Assembly (NCBI GenBank): GCA_965232515.1
Contig: CBDDPY010000002.1
Location: 4,672,001-4,736,000 of the forward strand
Source: Alphaproteobacteria bacterium
GTDB lineage: Bacteria > Pseudomonadota > Alphaproteobacteria > GCA-2731375
Length of the DNA stretch: 64,000 nucleotides
Direction of reading: 5' to 3'
Part shown: in pieces, positions 18,310 to 28,042 of the stretch
Position numbering within the stretch: position 1 is the stretch's first letter
Layout of the letters: every line of letters begins with the position of its first letter
Program-made: the position numbers and the translations under genes
The notes under the pieces: generated by a model
Told to the model about the DNA's origin: nothing
Databases searched by the model: none
What the model saw: only the letters and a program-made list of their open reading frames with translations

Positions 18310-18546
18310 ATACGCAGCGGGACGTTTGTGCCGGCACAGACCGGTTCTCGCTGCCATAGTCGCGGCGTTTGCTTCTGCGTGGATCGATATTGGTTCCGCC
18401 GCATAAAGCCTCATATCGAGCAGCGTTCATGGATAGGCGGCCGTGTGGCCGGCGGGCTTTCCGGCGGCCATTGACAGATCACACGCTTGACGGTCGTTGC
18501 GGTCGATCTCTACCGTTTCCGCGGCTTCAATCGGCGGATCGACGAT

Positions 18547-19581
18547 ATGGTAAGACTGCGGGTGGGATTGATCGGCCTCGGCATGGCGGTGACGCCGCAT
18601 GCCACGAGCTTGCGCGACCTGTCGGATCGCGTCGACGTGGCGCATGCGTTCAGCCCGACGGCGACGCGACGGTCGGCATTTTCCGAGCGATTTCCTGAGT
18701 TCCCGCTGGCCGATGACCTCGACGCAGTGCTGGGCGATCCCGGCATCGATGCGGTTTTCATTTTGACGCCACCGAACACCCACCTTGAACTGGTGCGCCG
18801 CTGCGCGGCCGCGGGCAAGCATGTGCTGCTGGAGAAGCCGCTCGAGATCGACACGCGCCGGGCGGTCGAATTGGTCGACACCTGCCGGACATCAGGCGTT
18901 CGCCTGGGTGTGATGTTGCAGCATCGCTATCGGCCGACGGGTCTGGCGCTGCGCGAGGTTCTGGCAAGCGGCCGGCTCGGCGCAATTGCCGGCTGCTCGA
19001 CCGTTTGCCGCCTCTGGCGACCGCAGAGCTACTACGACGAGCCGGGACGCGGCGACAAGGACCGCGACGGCGGCGGTGTGCTGATGACGCAGGCGATCCA
19101 TACGCTGGATCTGATGCTGAGCCTCGCGGGCCCGGTGCAGGAGGTTGTCGGTTTCGCGAAGACCAGCGCACTGCACCGCATGCAGACCGAGGACATGGTC
19201 GCGGCCGCCGTGCGCTATGCCAATGGTGCGCTCGGCACCATCGACGCCACCACGGCGGCCTATCCCGGCTACCCGGAACGCATCGAGCTGATCGGCGAAA
19301 ACGGCACGGCGGTGCTTGCCGGAACGTCGCTGCTGGTGCAGTTCCATGACGGCACGACGATCTCCGAGGACCCGCCCGCGGCAGGTGACGGGACGGGCGC
19401 CGATCCCATGGCGTTTCCGCATGACTGGCATCGCGCGCTGATCACGGATTTTCTCGATGCCATTGATGCCGACCGCGATCCGCCCGTCAACGGAGAGACG
19501 GCGTTGAACGTCCATCGACTGATCGATGCGCTGTTGCTGGCCGCCGAGACGGGCGGTCGGGTTGCGGTGGCGGGGGCTTGA
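18547..19581 (+). CDS. Gfo/Idh/MocA family oxidoreductase
   Basis: GLIGLG, TPPNTH, GKHVLLEKP and GGGVLMTQAIHTLD motifs. Confidence 0.92.
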   Translation: MVRLRVGLIGLGMAVTPHATSLRDLSDRVDVAHAFSPTATRRSAFSERFPEFPLADDLDAVLGDPGIDAVFILTPPNTHLELVRRCAAAGKHVLLEKPLEIDTRRAVELVDTCRTSGVRLGVMLQHRYRPTGLALREVLASGRLGAIAGCSTVCRLWRPQSYYDEPGRGDKDRDGGGVLMTQAIHTLDLMLSLAGPVQEVVGFAKTSALHRMQTEDMVAAAVRYANGALGTIDATTAAYPGYPERIELIGENGTAVLAGTSLLVQFHDGTTISEDPPAAGDGTGADPMAFPHDWHRALITDFLDAIDADRDPPVNGETALNVHRLIDALLLAAETGGRVAVAGA

Positions 19582-19582
19582 C

Positions 19583-20470
19583 GTGGCGGTCGAGATCGAC
19601 TGCGTCGTCGATGCGAAAGCGACGTGCGGCGAAAGCCCGGTCTGGTGTCCGATCGAGCAACGTCTCTATTGGGTCGATATCGACGGCAAAGCGCTGCATC
19701 GCTTCGATCCGGCGACCGGCCACAATGACACCTGGCCGATGCCCGAGGAGATCGGTTGCATCGCCTTGCGGAAATCCGGCGGTCTGCTCGCCGGTATGCG
19801 GTCGGGCTATTTCGGCATCGACCTCGAAACCGGTGCGGCGACGCGGCTCGGCGATCCCGAGCCCGACAAGCCGGACAACCGCTTCAATGACGGCGCGGTC
19901 GATCCGGCCGGCCGGTTCTGGACCGGCACCATGCGTATGTCGGCGGCGGACCGGACCGATGACGGTGTGCTTTACCGCATCGACCCGGATTATTCCTGCC
20001 GTGCGGTCCTGGGTCATTTGTGGACGGTCAATGGACTTGCCTTCAGTCCGGACGGCCGTCGGATGTACCTGTCGGACACGAATGCGCAGGTGCAGACGAT
20101 CTGGGTCTTCGACTACGATGCGAATAACGGCGCCGCCACCAATAAGCGGGTGTTCGCGGCGACGCACGATCTTGCCGGCCGCCCCGACGGCGGCGCGGTC
20201 GATGCCGACGGCGGCTACTGGATGGCCGGGGTCGGCGGTTGGCAACTGGTGCGGTTCACGCCAGACGGCGATGTCGACCGCATTATAGAATTGCCGGTGG
20301 AGCGGCCGAGCAAGATCGCCTTCGGCGGTCCCGATCTGGACGTGATGTATGTGACATCGATCCGGCGCGGCACCACGCCGGACACGCTCGATCGGCAGCC
20401 GCAGGCCGGCGGCTTGTTCGCCGTGCGTGCCGGTGTCACTGGCGTCGCCACGCCCCGGTTTGCCGGTTGA
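19583..20470 (+). CDS. SMP-30/gluconolactonase/LRE family protein
   Basis: GESPVW..LYWVDI, NRFNDGAVDPAGRFW, NGLAFSPDG, PDGGAVDADG and FGGPDL motifs. Confidence 0.92.
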   Translation: MAVEIDCVVDAKATCGESPVWCPIEQRLYWVDIDGKALHRFDPATGHNDTWPMPEEIGCIALRKSGGLLAGMRSGYFGIDLETGAATRLGDPEPDKPDNRFNDGAVDPAGRFWTGTMRMSAADRTDDGVLYRIDPDYSCRAVLGHLWTVNGLAFSPDGRRMYLSDTNAQVQTIWVFDYDANNGAATNKRVFAATHDLAGRPDGGAVDADGGYWMAGVGGWQLVRFTPDGDVDRIIELPVERPSKIAFGGPDLDVMYVTSIRRGTTPDTLDRQPQAGGLFAVRAGVTGVATPRFAG

Positions 20471-20531
20471 TTGCCCGAACGGTTTGGGAAAATTGTTGTC
20501 GGATGTGAGTTCAACTAGATGTCAATTAACT

Positions 20532-20545
20532 AACGGACGTTCGTT
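20532..20545. promoter_or_regulatory. Candidate TetR-type operator upstream of the Rieske/LLM operon
   Basis: Near-palindrome AACGGACGTTCGTT (12/14 symmetric) in an AT-rich promoter region. Confidence 0.4.
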
Positions 20546-20635
20546 TCTTGTTGATATGACTGCTCCGACGGCACATGATAGGCGCCGCGCCTATTGGGCT
20601 CGATAGCCCCGTCGCGGCGGCCGGGAGGAACTCAG

Positions 20636-21790
20636 ATGGAACACAGTGAGCAGGTACGCCAGGCCCGGAAGATCTTCGACTTCATGGATACCGGGACCAC
20701 GGCGATGGTCGACGAGATCTATCGCAACAACGTGACCGACTATACCTGCCGGGAACAGTTCGTGAAGGAGAAGCAGTCGCTGTTCCGCCAGCATCCGCTG
20801 AATCTGGGATTGAGCTGTCGCGTCCCGGCGCCCGGCGACTTCTTCACCGACGATTTCTCCGGCGTGCCGATCCTGGTCGTGCGCGGCCGCGATAATGTGC
20901 TGCGGGCGTTCATGAATGTCTGCCGGCATCGCGGCGCCAAGGTGGCGTCCGGATGTGGACAGGGCGTGCACGGCTTCAGCTGTCCCTACCATGCCTGGAG
21001 CTACGGCCTTGACGGCGGCTTGAAGGCCATCCCGTTCGGGCAGGGCTTCGGCGATGTCGACAAGGCGAAGAACGGGCTTGTCCCCCTGCCGCTTGTCGAG
21101 AAGTACGGGATGATCTGGGTGACGCCGACACCCGGCGATACGATGGCGATTGACGACTATCTTGCCGGGCTCGAGGTCGATCTTGCCGCCTATGCGCTGG
21201 ACGGCTACGCGCACTACGAAACGCGGGTGATCGAACGCCGGATGAATTGGAAGCTGGTGGTCGATACGTTCCTGGAGAGCTATCACCTGCCGGTGCTGCA
21301 CAAGAACACCATCGCGCCGATCCTGCGCGGAAATCTGGCGACGTTCGATCCTTTTGGCAACAACGAGCGCCTGATCTTCGTGCGTTTCAGCATGGATGAG
21401 ATGCGCACGCAGCCCGAGCAGGATTGGGACCTGATCAAGCATACGGCCGTGGTCAACATCCTGTTCCCCAACACGGTCTGCATCATGCAAGGCGACCATC
21501 TGGAGATGTTCCACATTTATCCCGATGGCGATGACGTGAACAAGAGCCGGATGTATGTGTCGCTCTATACGCCCGAGCCGGCGGAAACGGAGAGCGCGCG
21601 CGGCCACTGGGACCGCAACTTCGATTTGCTCCTGCGGACCGTCGAAGACGAGGATTTTCCGGTTGGTGAGGACATCCAGCGCAGCTTCTCTTCCGGCGCG
21701 CAGGATCACATCACGTTCGGTCGGAACGAACCCGGTCTTGCGCATTTTCACAGGTCGGTGAAACAGGCTCTGGGTTGGCAGGCCGCTTGA
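20636..21790 (+). CDS. Rieske 2Fe-2S aromatic ring-hydroxylating oxygenase alpha subunit
   Basis: NVCRHRG..CPYHAW Rieske motif, NWK..ESYH..LH mononuclear Fe motif, GGGAGG RBS. Confidence 0.92.
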   Translation: MEHSEQVRQARKIFDFMDTGTTAMVDEIYRNNVTDYTCREQFVKEKQSLFRQHPLNLGLSCRVPAPGDFFTDDFSGVPILVVRGRDNVLRAFMNVCRHRGAKVASGCGQGVHGFSCPYHAWSYGLDGGLKAIPFGQGFGDVDKAKNGLVPLPLVEKYGMIWVTPTPGDTMAIDDYLAGLEVDLAAYALDGYAHYETRVIERRMNWKLVVDTFLESYHLPVLHKNTIAPILRGNLATFDPFGNNERLIFVRFSMDEMRTQPEQDWDLIKHTAVVNILFPNTVCIMQGDHLEMFHIYPDGDDVNKSRMYVSLYTPEPAETESARGHWDRNFDLLLRTVEDEDFPVGEDIQRSFSSGAQDHITFGRNEPGLAHFHRSVKQALGWQAA

Positions 21791-21824
21791 AGCGGGGCGC
21801 AAGCCACAACGCTGGGAGGCCGTC

Positions 21825-22937
21825 ATGCATGTCGGCATGAGCACCTTTTTTCAGAACCTGACCGGCGATCACAGCGACCGAGACGTTTACCTCCACGAGC
21901 TGTCGATGGCCGATATGGCGGAACCCCTGGGGTTCGATTCGATCTGGTCCGCCGAGCACCATTTCGATCAATACACGATGTGCCCGAACGTGGCGCAGTT
22001 CCTGACCTACATGGCCGGCCGCACAGAGCGGGTGAAGCTCGGATCGATGGTGATGGTGTTGCCGTGGCACGATCCGGTTCGGCTGGCCGAAGAGGTTTCG
22101 GTGCTGGATCATCTGTCGGGCGGCCGGGTGATCCTGGGCGTCGGTCGCGGTCTGGGCCGCATCGAGTTCGATGGCTTCCGTGTCGAGATGGGCGAATCCC
22201 GTGAGCGTTTCGTCGAGTATGCCGAGGCGATCCTGAACAGCCTTGAGACGGGTCATATCGAATACGACGGCACCCATTATAAGCAGCCGAGGAAAGCGAT
22301 CCGGCCGTTCCCGTTCCGCAGTTTTCGCGGACGGACCTATGCTGCCGCGGTCTCGCCCGAGTCGGCGCGGATCATGGCGCGTCTCGGCATCGGCATTCTG
22401 ATCATCGCCCAGAAGCCATGGGATAAGGCCGTGGCCGAGCTCGACAATTACCGGCAGATCTATCTCGACATGAACGGCGTCGCGGCGCCGAAGCCGATTA
22501 TCGCCAGCTTCATTGCCTGCCACGAGGACGAGTCCGTGGCCCGCGAGATGCTCGACAATAACATCCGCGGCTATAGCCGTTCGGCGTTGGACCACTACGA
22601 GTTTCACAACGCGGGCCTGGCCGACATCAAGGGTTATGAGTATTACGGCGCGCTCGCCAAGAACATCGAGAAGCACGGCATCGATGCGTTTGTGAACTTT
22701 CTCGCCGAGCTGCAGATCTACGGCACACCCGACCAGTGCTTCGAGAAGCTGATGGAGCATCACAGGCTGGCCGATAGCGGCGGCCTGATTGGCATCTTCA
22801 GCTATGGCGGCATGCCGCATGATCTGGCAAAGCAGAACATGCGGCTGTTCGCCGAGAAGGTGATGCCGCGGCTGAAAGCCATTGATACCGGTTCGGGCGT
22901 TGGTGGCGGCGCGCCCCTGACGGTGGCGGCCGAATAA
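21825..22937 (+). CDS. LLM-class (luciferase-like) flavin-dependent oxidoreductase
   Basis: GFDSIWSAEHHF, LPWHDPVRLAEE..LDHLSGGR..GVGRG and GTPD motifs. Confidence 0.92.
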   Translation: MHVGMSTFFQNLTGDHSDRDVYLHELSMADMAEPLGFDSIWSAEHHFDQYTMCPNVAQFLTYMAGRTERVKLGSMVMVLPWHDPVRLAEEVSVLDHLSGGRVILGVGRGLGRIEFDGFRVEMGESRERFVEYAEAILNSLETGHIEYDGTHYKQPRKAIRPFPFRSFRGRTYAAAVSPESARIMARLGIGILIIAQKPWDKAVAELDNYRQIYLDMNGVAAPKPIIASFIACHEDESVAREMLDNNIRGYSRSALDHYEFHNAGLADIKGYEYYGALAKNIEKHGIDAFVNFLAELQIYGTPDQCFEKLMEHHRLADSGGLIGIFSYGGMPHDLAKQNMRLFAEKVMPRLKAIDTGSGVGGGAPLTVAAE

Positions 22938-22955
22938 CATCCGGACGGGTTTGAA

Positions 22956-24218
22956 TCAGCGGTTGCCGCCGGCCAGCTTGATGGCGTCGGGATGGGCGCG
23001 TAGTCGGGCCATGGCGATAACACCCAACACGGGGCCGATGGCCAAAGGTGCAAAGGCATAGCGCCAGCCCAGCCAGTCGACCAGCGCCGGTATCATATGG
23101 ATCGTCGTCAGCGTCAGCAGGAAGCCGATACAGGTCTGGATTGTCAGCATGGTACCGACGTGATCGCGCTCGGCCAGTTCGATGACGCAGGATGAGAACT
23201 GTGCCGAGTCGGCGACCACGGTGACGCCCCAGACGAGGCATAACGCGACCAGCAGCCACGGACTGCCGCCGAACAGAAAACCGACGACCAGCGCGCAACT
23301 GCCGCTGATGGCCATGGCCAGTATCGTCAACGTGGTGCGACCGAGCCGGTCGGCAAAGACGCCGCCGAACAGGCAGCCGGCGGCGCCGGCGCCGATGATC
23401 GCAAATGTGGCGAGGTCTGCCAGCAAGGTTGCGTCCGTTCCGCCGATGCTGCGGGCGAAGCTTTCATGCAGGAACAGGCCGATCCAGGCCCACATGGCAT
23501 AGAGCTCCCACATGTGTCCGAAATAGCCGAAATTCGCCAGACGCAGCGCCTTATTTCGCCAAGCCCTGAGCACGGCCGCCGGCTCGAACGGAGGCGCGGC
23601 GGCACGGATCGGTCCCAGGCTGACAGCGTTAACCAGCAGGCCAGACAGGGCCGCCGCGCATGAAGCCATGACCAGAGTGGGCTGCCAGTCGATGCCGCCC
23701 GCGGCATTGAAGAGATAGGGCGAAGCGGAGCCCAGCGTCAGCGCGCCAACCAGCAGTCCCACCAGCAGGCCCGTATCGCCCTTGGCCCAGGTGGCGATCA
23801 TCTTCATGCCGACCGGGTACGTGCCGGCCATGCAGGCGCCGGTCAGGAACCTGAGCGCGACGACAGCCGGCGAGGTCGGCTCGAACAGCAGGATGGCGGC
23901 ATTCGCTGCGGCGGCGATAAATGCCGCCGCCATGAAGAAGCGACGCGGATGCAGCCGGTCCGCCAGTCCCAGCAAGGCGCTGCCGAACGTGCCAACGACA
24001 AAGCCGACAGCGACGCTGCTGCTGAACAACGAGGCCTGAAGATCGCTCAGCGCATATTCCACGCGCAAGGTCGGCACCACGGCCGCGGCCGAGAACCATA
24101 GACTGAGCGCCATGATCTCGCAGACGGCGAGCAGCGCGACCGAAGGCCATTTGCCTTTCGTTCGGAAGCGCTCGCCCGAATCTTGTTCGCCGATGCCGTT
24201 TCGGTGCTGCTGCGTCAA
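22956..24218 (-). CDS. MFS transporter
   Basis: About 12 hydrophobic segments. LWFSAAAV, GYFGHMWELYAMWAW and VADSAQFS motifs. Confidence 0.9.
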   Translation of the reverse strand: MTQQHRNGIGEQDSGERFRTKGKWPSVALLAVCEIMALSLWFSAAAVVPTLRVEYALSDLQASLFSSSVAVGFVVGTFGSALLGLADRLHPRRFFMAAAFIAAAANAAILLFEPTSPAVVALRFLTGACMAGTYPVGMKMIATWAKGDTGLLVGLLVGALTLGSASPYLFNAAGGIDWQPTLVMASCAAALSGLLVNAVSLGPIRAAAPPFEPAAVLRAWRNKALRLANFGYFGHMWELYAMWAWIGLFLHESFARSIGGTDATLLADLATFAIIGAGAAGCLFGGVFADRLGRTTLTILAMAISGSCALVVGFLFGGSPWLLVALCLVWGVTVVADSAQFSSCVIELAERDHVGTMLTIQTCIGFLLTLTTIHMIPALVDWLGWRYAFAPLAIGPVLGVIAMARLRAHPDAIKLAGGNR

Positions 24219-24336
24219 GGGATGTGTTGGTATGAATGCGGAACAGACGGATCGTCACGAATCCGCATCCTAGCAAACGCAGCGCGGAATGGGTCGCTTG
24301 GGATGTTGCCGCGGTGCCGCTCCGCGGCGAAGCGGC

Positions 24337-25329
24337 CTAATCGCCGTCGTCTTCGGGGGGCGCGATGTTTTCGAGCCGTTTTGCGAGTTTGTCTTTCAAC
24401 TTCGGACCGATGACGAATTCGACACCCAATGTGTTGTCCGCGCCCACATGCCGGACCTCGGCTTCGAAGTCGCCCAGTTTCGGGTCCGTGACGAACAGCA
24501 CATCGCCCAGGTTTGCCTTGGCATCGCTCTTGATGAGCGCCCCGCCGCCGGAGATGTTGGCGACCGTGCATTTGCTGACGTCGCCATTCACGGTCAGTTG
24601 CGCCAGTGTATCCATGGCCCAGCGCCGATAGCGACGTCGGTTCTCGACGCTGTCGGGTGGCTCGGCGTCCGACGGATCGTCGGTTCCGGTTCCCTCCGCG
24701 TCCAGGGGCGCAACCTTGTGGAGGCGGGTACGAAGATAGTCCCACAATTGGGCGATCTCGGAATCGTCACTTCCGTCTGATGTATCAGACCGGCTTTCGT
24801 TGGCGGCCGCAGCCGATTCCAATTCGCCGCCCTGATTTACGGTCACCGGCGAGACGGTGCCGTACTGGCAGAGCACGATGGCGGTTTCCGCGCTGGCGTC
24901 CGGATCGGGATTGCTGGACGGCACATTGATGATGAAGACGAATGGCTTGGCCTGCATCTCGACGGAGTCGAGCGTGCCTTTCACGCTGTCGAGCTGGGCG
25001 GTATCCGGCACCGTCGGTATGGCGACGAGGTCGGAGAATGCGATGGCTTGTTCGGTTGCTTCCCGTTCCTCCGCGCTCGTATCGATCACGGCGAGCGCCA
25101 GCCCATCGTTATATTGCCGCTCAAGTTCCGGCAGCAGATCGGCGACGTCACGGCAAATCAGCTTCGGGGCGTCAGCGTCCGAGGCGTCTTCCGCGTCGTT
25201 TGCGGCATGGCCGGGCGACAGCCGAATAACGGCCACCTCACCCTCACCGGCGTGCCGCGCCTGCTGGGCGATCTGATTGGCTAAAGCGCCACTTCCGTCG
25301 CCATGTGAGATGAAAGACAGTATTCGCAT
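24337..25329 (-). CDS. Degenerate ParA/MinD-like domain fused to a PilZ domain
   Basis: ParA-like VIDTS..SDLVAIPT..FIIN..EIAQLWDYL, but the Walker A region reads SHGDGSGALA. C-terminal PilZ motifs RRRYRR and NISGGG. Confidence 0.7.
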   Translation of the reverse strand: MRILSFISHGDGSGALANQIAQQARHAGEGEVAVIRLSPGHAANDAEDASDADAPKLICRDVADLLPELERQYNDGLALAVIDTSAEEREATEQAIAFSDLVAIPTVPDTAQLDSVKGTLDSVEMQAKPFVFIINVPSSNPDPDASAETAIVLCQYGTVSPVTVNQGGELESAAAANESRSDTSDGSDDSEIAQLWDYLRTRLHKVAPLDAEGTGTDDPSDAEPPDSVENRRRYRRWAMDTLAQLTVNGDVSKCTVANISGGGALIKSDAKANLGDVLFVTDPKLGDFEAEVRHVGADNTLGVEFVIGPKLKDKLAKRLENIAPPEDDGD

Positions 25330-25436
25330 GGGGTCAGTTGCCTTGCATCGCACCCGGCCGTGATCGACCTCGGCCTGCCGCGGCGAGTCTGCCGGACAGC
25401 CTTTAAGTTTTCATAAAGATGGCCGATGCGGCCGGC

Positions 25437-26147
25437 TCAGACCGTCAGGTGGCGACGAACCTCTGCTTCGTCGAGATCCCGGCAAGGGCCGGCCAGGACG
25501 ATCTCGCCACGGTCCATGACCGCCATATCATCGGCCAGGTCGTGAGCGAATTCGAAATACTGCTCAACCAGGAGGATGGCCATATCGCCCCGATCCGCCA
25601 ACAGCCGAATCACCCGCGCGATATCCTTGATGATCGACGGCTGAATCCCTTCGGTGGGCTCGTCCAGGATAAGAAGTTTCGGTTTCGTTACCAGGGCCCG
25701 GGCGATCGCCAATTGTTGCTGTTGCCCGCCCGACAGGTCGCCGCCGCGGCGGCCCGCCATCTCGCCCAGGATCGGGAACAAATCGAAGATTTCAGGCGGC
25801 AGGTATCTCTCCGAACGCGGCAGACAGGTGTAGCCGGTCATCAAGTTTTCTTCGACCGAAAGCCGGGGAAAGATCTCCCGGCCCTGCGGCACGTAGCCGA
25901 TTCCACGACGCACGCGCGCATGGGTTGGCAACCGACCGATGTCGTCGTTTTGCCAATGGATGCTGCCATCGACAATGGGCGTCAGGCCCATAACCGCCCG
26001 CAACAGGCTCGATTTGCCGACGCCGTTGCGACCGAGAAGGCAGGTGACCTGCCCGGCGGAGGCGCCAAGGCTGACACCGCGCAGGATATGGCTGGCACCA
26101 TATCGGAGGTGAATGCCATCGATCCGCAAAGTGGCGTCAACGCCCAA
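25437..26147 (-). CDS. urtE: Urea ABC transporter ATP-binding subunit
   Basis: GRNGVGKS, GYVPQGREIFP, LSGGQQQQLAIARAL and DEPTEGIQPS motifs. Last gene of the urt operon. Confidence 0.93.
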   Translation of the reverse strand: MGVDATLRIDGIHLRYGASHILRGVSLGASAGQVTCLLGRNGVGKSSLLRAVMGLTPIVDGSIHWQNDDIGRLPTHARVRRGIGYVPQGREIFPRLSVEENLMTGYTCLPRSERYLPPEIFDLFPILGEMAGRRGGDLSGGQQQQLAIARALVTKPKLLILDEPTEGIQPSIIKDIARVIRLLADRGDMAILLVEQYFEFAHDLADDMAVMDRGEIVLAGPCRDLDEAEVRRHLTV

Positions 26148-26898
26148 GATAGACCTCGATCACCTGATCGTTCTTCTGCACCGTATCCATCGCACCTTCG
26201 GCCAGCACGCCGCCCTCGTGCAGGACGGTGACTCGGGCATCGAGGCTGCGGACAAAGGCCATGTCATGCTCGACAACGACAACCGAGTGGTTTTGCGCGA
26301 TGTCGAGCAGGAGCGCCGCGGTCTGCTCGGTCTCATGGTCCGTCATGCCGGCGACAGGCTCGTCCAGCAGCAGCAGTCGGGGATCCTGGATCAACAGCAT
26401 GCCAATCTCCAGCCACTGTTTCTGGCCGTGACTGAGATCACCAGCATCATCGTGGGACCGGTCCTGCAAACGAACCACACGCAGAACCTCTTCGATGCGT
26501 TCTATTTGCGCCGCCGTGGGTCGAAACATCAGCGTGGCGAACGTGCCGCGATCGCCCTTCAGCGCCAGCTCCAGATTCTCGTATACGTTGAGGTTTTCGA
26601 ACACCGTCGGTTTCTGGAACTTTCGGCCGATGCCGATATTGGCGATCGTGGCCTCGTCGAGGCGGGTCAGATCGATGCTGCCCTCGAACAAGACGGAACC
26701 CTGATCCGGGCGCGTTTTGCCCGTGATCACATCCATCATAGTGGTCTTGCCGGCGCCGTTCGGGCCGATGATCGACCGCAACTCGCCGGGTTCGACGATC
26801 AGGCTGAGATTGTTGAGCGCCTTGAAGCCGTCGAAGCTGACGGTGACGCCGTCGAGGTACAGCAAGCTGTTGCTGGCGATCGTGGGTGGCTCAGACAT
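26137..26898 (-). CDS. urtD: Urea ABC transporter ATP-binding subunit
   Basis: VSFDGFKALN, GPNGAGKTT, GRKFQKP and LSHGQKQWLEIGMLL motifs. Confidence 0.95.
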   Translation of the reverse strand: MSEPPTIASNSLLYLDGVTVSFDGFKALNNLSLIVEPGELRSIIGPNGAGKTTMMDVITGKTRPDQGSVLFEGSIDLTRLDEATIANIGIGRKFQKPTVFENLNVYENLELALKGDRGTFATLMFRPTAAQIERIEEVLRVVRLQDRSHDDAGDLSHGQKQWLEIGMLLIQDPRLLLLDEPVAGMTDHETEQTAALLLDIAQNHSVVVVEHDMAFVRSLDARVTVLHEGGVLAEGAMDTVQKNDQVIEVYLGR

Positions 26899-28027
26899 GA
26901 CGTTTGAGCAGAGCTGGCGCGCCGTTGCGCAGACGTGCGGACAACGACCTGGTGAGGCCGACCAGTCCTTTCGGCATATAGAGGGTCACGCAGATGAACA
27001 ACGCACCCAGGAAAAACAGCCAGATCTCTGGCGCGACGCCCGTCAGCACACTCTTTGCGCCATTGATGGTCAGCGCGCCGACGATGGCGCCGAAGAGCGT
27101 GCCACGTCCGCCAACCGCGACCCATACCGCTACTTCGATCGAGTTGGCCGGCGCGAACTCTCCCGGATTGATAATGCCGACCTGCGGCACGTAGAGGGCG
27201 CCGGCAATCCCGGCCAGGACCGCGGATAGCGTGAAGACGAAGAGCTTGGCGCCGGTCACCGAATAGCCGAGGAACCGGAGACGGCTTTCGGCGTCGCGGA
27301 TCGCCAGCAGCACCCGGCCGAGTTTCGACACGGCGACGAAACGGCAGACCAAGTAAGCGAGCCCGAGACCGATGGCGGCGCAGACATAGAGCCCAACTTT
27401 CGTTGATTGTTGGGCCAGATCAAAGCCGAGCAGTTCCTTGAAATCCGTCAGACCGTTGTTGCCGCCGAATCCCATGTCGTTGCGGAAGAACGCTAGCAAT
27501 AACGCATAGGTGAGCGCCTGGGTGATGATCGAGAAATAGACGCCGGTGATCCGAGAGCGAAAGGCGAGCCAGCCAAACACGAATGCCAGACTGCCCGGCA
27601 CCAGCATCACCATCAAAGCCGCGAACCAGAACTGATCGAAGCCGTACCAATACCATGGCAACTCCTGCCAGTTCAGAAAGACCATGAAGTCGGGCAGCTC
27701 TGGATGGCCATAGACGCCGCGCTCGCCGATCTGACGCATCAGGTACATCCCCATGGCATAGCCGCCCAAGGCGAAGAAGGCGCCGTGGCCGAGACTGAGC
27801 ACGCCGGCAAACCCCCAGATCAGATCCAGGCTGAGCGCCAGCATCGCGTAGCAGAGATACTTGCCCATGATGGTGACGAAATAGGTCGGGACGTGCAGCG
27901 GCGACTGTTCCGGCACAATCAGGTTCAAGACGGGAATGCCGACAATCAGCACGATGCCGCATGCAACGAAGACCGACCAACCGCGCCGGTTTTCCAAGGC
28001 CAGGAGGCGTGAGGTGAGCGGGCCCAT
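26891..28027 (-). CDS. urtC: Urea ABC transporter permease
   Basis: GKYLCYA..LPDFMVFLNW..GFGGNNGLTDFK..YVPQVGIINP. Confidence 0.95.
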   Translation of the reverse strand: MGPLTSRLLALENRRGWSVFVACGIVLIVGIPVLNLIVPEQSPLHVPTYFVTIMGKYLCYAMLALSLDLIWGFAGVLSLGHGAFFALGGYAMGMYLMRQIGERGVYGHPELPDFMVFLNWQELPWYWYGFDQFWFAALMVMLVPGSLAFVFGWLAFRSRITGVYFSIITQALTYALLLAFFRNDMGFGGNNGLTDFKELLGFDLAQQSTKVGLYVCAAIGLGLAYLVCRFVAVSKLGRVLLAIRDAESRLRFLGYSVTGAKLFVFTLSAVLAGIAGALYVPQVGIINPGEFAPANSIEVAVWVAVGGRGTLFGAIVGALTINGAKSVLTGVAPEIWLFFLGALFICVTLYMPKGLVGLTRSLSARLRNGAPALLKRHV

Positions 28028-28042
28028 CGCGTCTCGTCACCC

